From Bdellovibrionota bacterium (GTDB lineage Bacteria > Bdellovibrionota > FAC87 > UBA2466 > JACKAF01), in NCBI GenBank assembly GCA_041751875.1, contig JBGSIC010000029.1:2598-66597 (forward strand): a stretch of 64,000 bases of DNA. The letters are read 5' to 3'. Positions 60,762 through 64,000 of the stretch are shown here, piece by piece (the first letter of the stretch is position 1; every line of letters begins with the position of its first letter). The position numbers and the translations under genes are program-made. Under the pieces are notes generated by a model. It worked only from the letters and a program-made list of their open reading frames with translations. It did not search any database and was not told the DNA's origin.

Positions 60762-63062
60762 TTGCTCTATTTGGCGGGAGGAACCCTTTTGGACTATCTG
60801 CGTGGACTAAACGAAAAGCAGCGGCTGGCCGTGGAATACGGCAACGGCCCACTTTTAGTTTTGGCTGGGGCAGGCTCCGGCAAAACCCGGGTTCTTACGC
60901 ACCGGATTGCCCATCTGATTGCGCACCATCGGGTTGATCCGATGCAGATCTTCGCTGTGACCTTCACGAATAAAGCAGCCGCTGAAATGCGGGGACGAGT
61001 GCAAAAGCTGCTCAGCCAGCATTTCAACTGGAATATTAGTGAACGTGAACTCTGGGTTAGCACTTTCCATTCCGCGTGCGTACGCATTCTGCGCTCAGAC
61101 ATCCAACACCTGGGCTACAATCCTCAATTTACGATTTACGACGACTCGGATCAGCTATCGGTCATCAAAGCGGCGATGAAGGAACTTAAGATCGCTGAGC
61201 AGACGATGAGTGCGAAGGCCATTCAATCGCGCATCAATAAGATAAAAAATGATGGAGATGATCACTCCACTTACCGTTCTCAATACGGTGGCCCCCAGGA
61301 AGATGCATTCGTGCGGGTCTTTGAAAGATACGCGCAGGCTCTACAGCTTTCTTCTGCTCTCGATTTTGCCGATCTTATTCTACTTGTTGTGAGGCTTTTC
61401 CAGAGAAACCCTCGTGTTTTAAAAGGGTACCAAGAACGATTCCAACACGTTTTGATCGATGAATACCAAGATACGAACCGGTGTCAGTATTTGTTTATGA
61501 AGCTCCTCGCAGGGGAGAGAGCCAATATTTGCGCCGTGGGCGACGAGGACCAGTCTATCTATCGATGGCGCGGAGCGGATATCTCGAACATTCTAAATTT
61601 TGAACAAGATTATCCGAATGCGCAAATCTTTAAGCTCGAAGAAAATTACCGCTCCACAAAAAATATTATTGAAGCGGCTAGCAGGGTCATTTCCCACAAT
61701 ACAGAGCGTAGAGATAAAGAGCTTTGGACTCAGAATGGGCAGGGCGAGAAGATTAATCTGATTGAGGCTTACGATGAGCATGATGAAGCGTTAAAGGTGA
61801 GCGCGGAAATCAGTGCTCGCTTGGGGCAGAATATTTCGCTCAACCAAATGGCTATCTTCTATCGTACCAATGCGCAGTCGCGTGTGATCGAAGATACAAT
61901 GCGTGCTAAGGGCGTGAACTACCAGATTTTCGGTGGGCTTAAGTTCTACGCCCGTCTGGAAATCAAGGACGCATTGGCCTACCTGCGGCTCTTGGTGAAC
62001 CCAGACGACGATGTTAGTTTTCGGCGTATTGTGAACGTACCTGCGCGAGGGATTGGGGCAAAGTCTCTGGAAAAACTTGCTAGCCGAGCCTCTGAGTTAG
62101 GAATTAGTCACCTAGCACTTCTTCTGCAAATCTTTGAAGGCAAGCAGCAAGTCGATCTCGGGCGAGGCGTGAAAAATTTCAAAACTTTTTACGATATCTT
62201 ACTTAGCCTGAGAAAGTCGTATGAAAATCTTTTGCCCTCTGACCTTTTAAGTGTGGTTTTAGAAGACTCGGGCTACCGCGAAAGTTTGGCGCAGGAAAAA
62301 ACCGTCGAATCACAAAGTCGCTTAGAGAACTTGGCGGAGCTAAAGCAAAGTATCGTCGAGTATGAGCTGCGAGTGGGCGCAGATAATCCTAACGCTCCAA
62401 TTACTCTTGAGGGTTTTCTCCAAGAAATCGCGCTTGTTTCTGATACGGACAAGTTTGATCCCGAAGCGCCGGCTCTCAAAATGATGACCATCCACATGGC
62501 GAAAGGGCTCGAATTCGATTTCGTGTCCATCGTGGGCCTGGAAGAAGAACTTTTCCCTAGCGTGCGTGCTTGGGAGGCTGAAGATCCGGCTAATGTGGAA
62601 GAAGAGCGACGCCTTTTCTATGTCGCGATGACTCGGGCACGAAGAGCCCTGAGCCTCTTTTTTGCGAAAAATCGAACCGTGTTTGGAACCAGCCACTTTC
62701 GCGTCACTAGTCGCTTTGTGGAGGAAATACCCCCAGAGTATGTGGAACTGCATAAGGCGGATTATTTTTCTCGCCGCCGAGGGGGAGGAATAGGGCGTCC
62801 GGGGCTTCCGGGCAGGTCGCTTCAAGATCTCGATGAAGATTTTGATCAATCCAGTCTTTATGAAGGTGCCTACACCGATATCGATGGCGAGAGTGACGGT
62901 GACGATGAGGACGGCTTAAGGGCTGGTAACCGTGTGGTCCATCCCATTTTTGGAGAAGGAATCGTGCGTAAAGTCTACGGAGCAGACAAGCTTTTGGTCG
63001 AGTTTGCAGGCCGCGGAGTGAAGAAAATCTCACGCAAATTTAGTCAATTAAAGGGTGTCTGA
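60762..63062 (+). CDS. pcrA: ATP-dependent DNA helicase PcrA/UvrD (SF1A)
   Basis: Walker A AGAGSGKT, motifs II DEYQDTN and VGDEDQSIYRWRGA, and the C-terminal Tudor-like GNRVVHPIFGEGIV. The true start may be an alternative codon. Confidence 0.9.
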   Translation: MLYLAGGTLLDYLRGLNEKQRLAVEYGNGPLLVLAGAGSGKTRVLTHRIAHLIAHHRVDPMQIFAVTFTNKAAAEMRGRVQKLLSQHFNWNISERELWVSTFHSACVRILRSDIQHLGYNPQFTIYDDSDQLSVIKAAMKELKIAEQTMSAKAIQSRINKIKNDGDDHSTYRSQYGGPQEDAFVRVFERYAQALQLSSALDFADLILLVVRLFQRNPRVLKGYQERFQHVLIDEYQDTNRCQYLFMKLLAGERANICAVGDEDQSIYRWRGADISNILNFEQDYPNAQIFKLEENYRSTKNIIEAASRVISHNTERRDKELWTQNGQGEKINLIEAYDEHDEALKVSAEISARLGQNISLNQMAIFYRTNAQSRVIEDTMRAKGVNYQIFGGLKFYARLEIKDALAYLRLLVNPDDDVSFRRIVNVPARGIGAKSLEKLASRASELGISHLALLLQIFEGKQQVDLGRGVKNFKTFYDILLSLRKSYENLLPSDLLSVVLEDSGYRESLAQEKTVESQSRLENLAELKQSIVEYELRVGADNPNAPITLEGFLQEIALVSDTDKFDPEAPALKMMTIHMAKGLEFDFVSIVGLEEELFPSVRAWEAEDPANVEEERRLFYVAMTRARRALSLFFAKNRTVFGTSHFRVTSRFVEEIPPEYVELHKADYFSRRRGGGIGRPGLPGRSLQDLDEDFDQSSLYEGAYTDIDGESDGDDEDGLRAGNRVVHPIFGEGIVRKVYGADKLLVEFAGRGVKKISRKFSQLKGV

Positions 63063-63114
63063 GCTGAAGCTTCGAAAGCTTGCAAGCCCTGGAGTGGGGC
63101 TGTAGAACACCTTT

Positions 63115-63444
63115 TTGGAAAAAATGTGCCCTATGAGTGAAGAGCGTTTAAGCAAAGAGACCGTAGAACATATTGCACGTTTGGCTCGTTTGGAGCTTTC
63201 TAGTGCAGAACTTGCCCTATATCAAGATCGTCTCGGCCGAGTTTTGGGCTACGTGAAAGAATTAAGCTCCGTAAAGACGGACCCTAAAGCCGTGGTACAG
63301 CACGTTCCGCGCGATGTTGTCGCGCTGAGAGAAGATCGCGTGCTCGATTTTGCAAACACCCGGAAACTTTTGGCAAATGCTCCGGAAAAGTCCGAAGATT
63401 CTTTTCTTTTACCTGCTGTACTAGATGGGTCGAATGAAAATTAA
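63115..63444 (+). CDS. gatC: Asp/Glu-tRNA amidotransferase subunit C
   Basis: [10 protein letters not shown]...LGYV is the GatC pattern. The start is probably the internal ATG at 63124 or 63133. Confidence 0.8.
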   Translation: MEKMCPMSEERLSKETVEHIARLARLELSSAELALYQDRLGRVLGYVKELSSVKTDPKAVVQHVPRDVVALREDRVLDFANTRKLLANAPEKSEDSFLLPAVLDGSNEN

Positions 63445-64000
63445 TGAATGGAATATCGATAGTCTGACGGGAGCGTATCGTAAGCGCAGTCTATCTCCCG
63501 TGGAAGTCGCCAAGTATTGTTTGAGTGCGATCGAAAAGCGAGGGAAAGACCTCAATTGCTTTTTACAGGTGCGTGAAGATGCGGTTTTGGCGAGCGCGGA
63601 AGATCTGGAAAAGAAGTTCAATGACAAAGCGAAACTCCCTTTGTACGGCGTTCCCATCGCGATTAAAGACAATTTTTTGGTAGATGGGTGGCAAGCCACA
63701 GCGGCTTCAAAAATTTTGCAAGGTTATGTTTCACCTTACACAGCTACAAGCGTGGAACGCTTAGAAGCGGCTGGAGCGTTGATTATAGGGAAAACCAACC
63801 TCGACGAATTTGCCATGGGCTCTTCGAACGAAAATAGTGCCTATGGTCCTGTCAAAAATCCCTGGGACACTTCGCGCGTGCCCGGTGGATCCAGCGGTGG
63901 TTCAGCGGCTGCGGTCGCCGCCCATTTATGCTGGGGAGCGCTGGGAACCGACACGGGGGGCTCGATTCGTCAGCCTGCGAGCCTTTGCGGTGTGGTTGGT
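63434..64000 (+). CDS. gatA: Asp/Glu-tRNA amidotransferase subunit A (amidase), N-terminal part; continues past window end
   Basis: The ATG at 63434 overlaps the gatC stop. The translation contains the amidase signature [13 protein letters not shown] and [12 protein letters not shown]. The frame is open to position 64000. Confidence 0.85.
   Translation, partial: MKINEWNIDSLTGAYRKRSLSPVEVAKYCLSAIEKRGKDLNCFLQVREDAVLASAEDLEKKFNDKAKLPLYGVPIAIKDNFLVDGWQATAASKILQGYVSPYTATSVERLEAAGALIIGKTNLDEFAMGSSNENSAYGPVKNPWDTSRVPGGSSGGSAAAVAAHLCWGALGTDTGGSIRQPASLCGVVG

Noticed and set aside
60762-63062. The helicase as a GajB-like defence component
   Set aside because: Its length (766 aa), the complete SF1A motif set, the C-terminal Tudor-like domain and the downstream gatCA all fit housekeeping PcrA/UvrD. 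The defence analogy is kept only as a low-weight inference in the findings.

Overview
The window is a 64-kb stretch of bacterial chromosome at about 50% GC, densely coding on both strands. Gene content (S1 proteases, gldA/F/G-like transporter, HD-GYP, the tig-clpP-clpX-lon block) is compatible with a Bdellovibrio-like deltaproteobacterium, but that assignment is only a guess. Most genes are housekeeping: transaldolase, TsaB, RarA, LptF/G, RimO/MiaB, YajQ, FtsK, CspA, Rho, tig-clpP-clpX-lon, MetK, RNase J, tRNA-Val, ProC, citrate synthase, PcrA/UvrD and GatCA. These are interspersed with secreted or outer-membrane hypotheticals. The most unusual features are: (i) a translationally coupled two-gene operon for a type IIB topoisomerase (Top6B-like GHKL subunit with a lysine-rich tail, and Top6A/Spo11-like subunit), immediately upstream of a UvrD/PcrA helicase. 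(ii) tRNA-Val whose last 24 nt are repeated exactly 97 bp downstream, next to a roughly 4.7-kb minus-strand cluster (PP-loop ATPase, pyruvyl-transferase-like, membrane proteins, GT-like) that looks accessory and island-like. (iii) A single-polypeptide wHTH-GHKL-STAS regulator preceded by short direct repeats and sitting beside an SLT transglycosylase and a small secreted Cys protein. (iv) Two tandem lspA paralogues. (v) An internally duplicated lipoprotein. (vi) A roughly 690-aa low-complexity secreted protein. (vii) A gldA/F/G-like ABC module. I found no CRISPR array, transposase or integrase. All calls come from reading the translated ORFs and the nucleotide sequence; no database search was possible.
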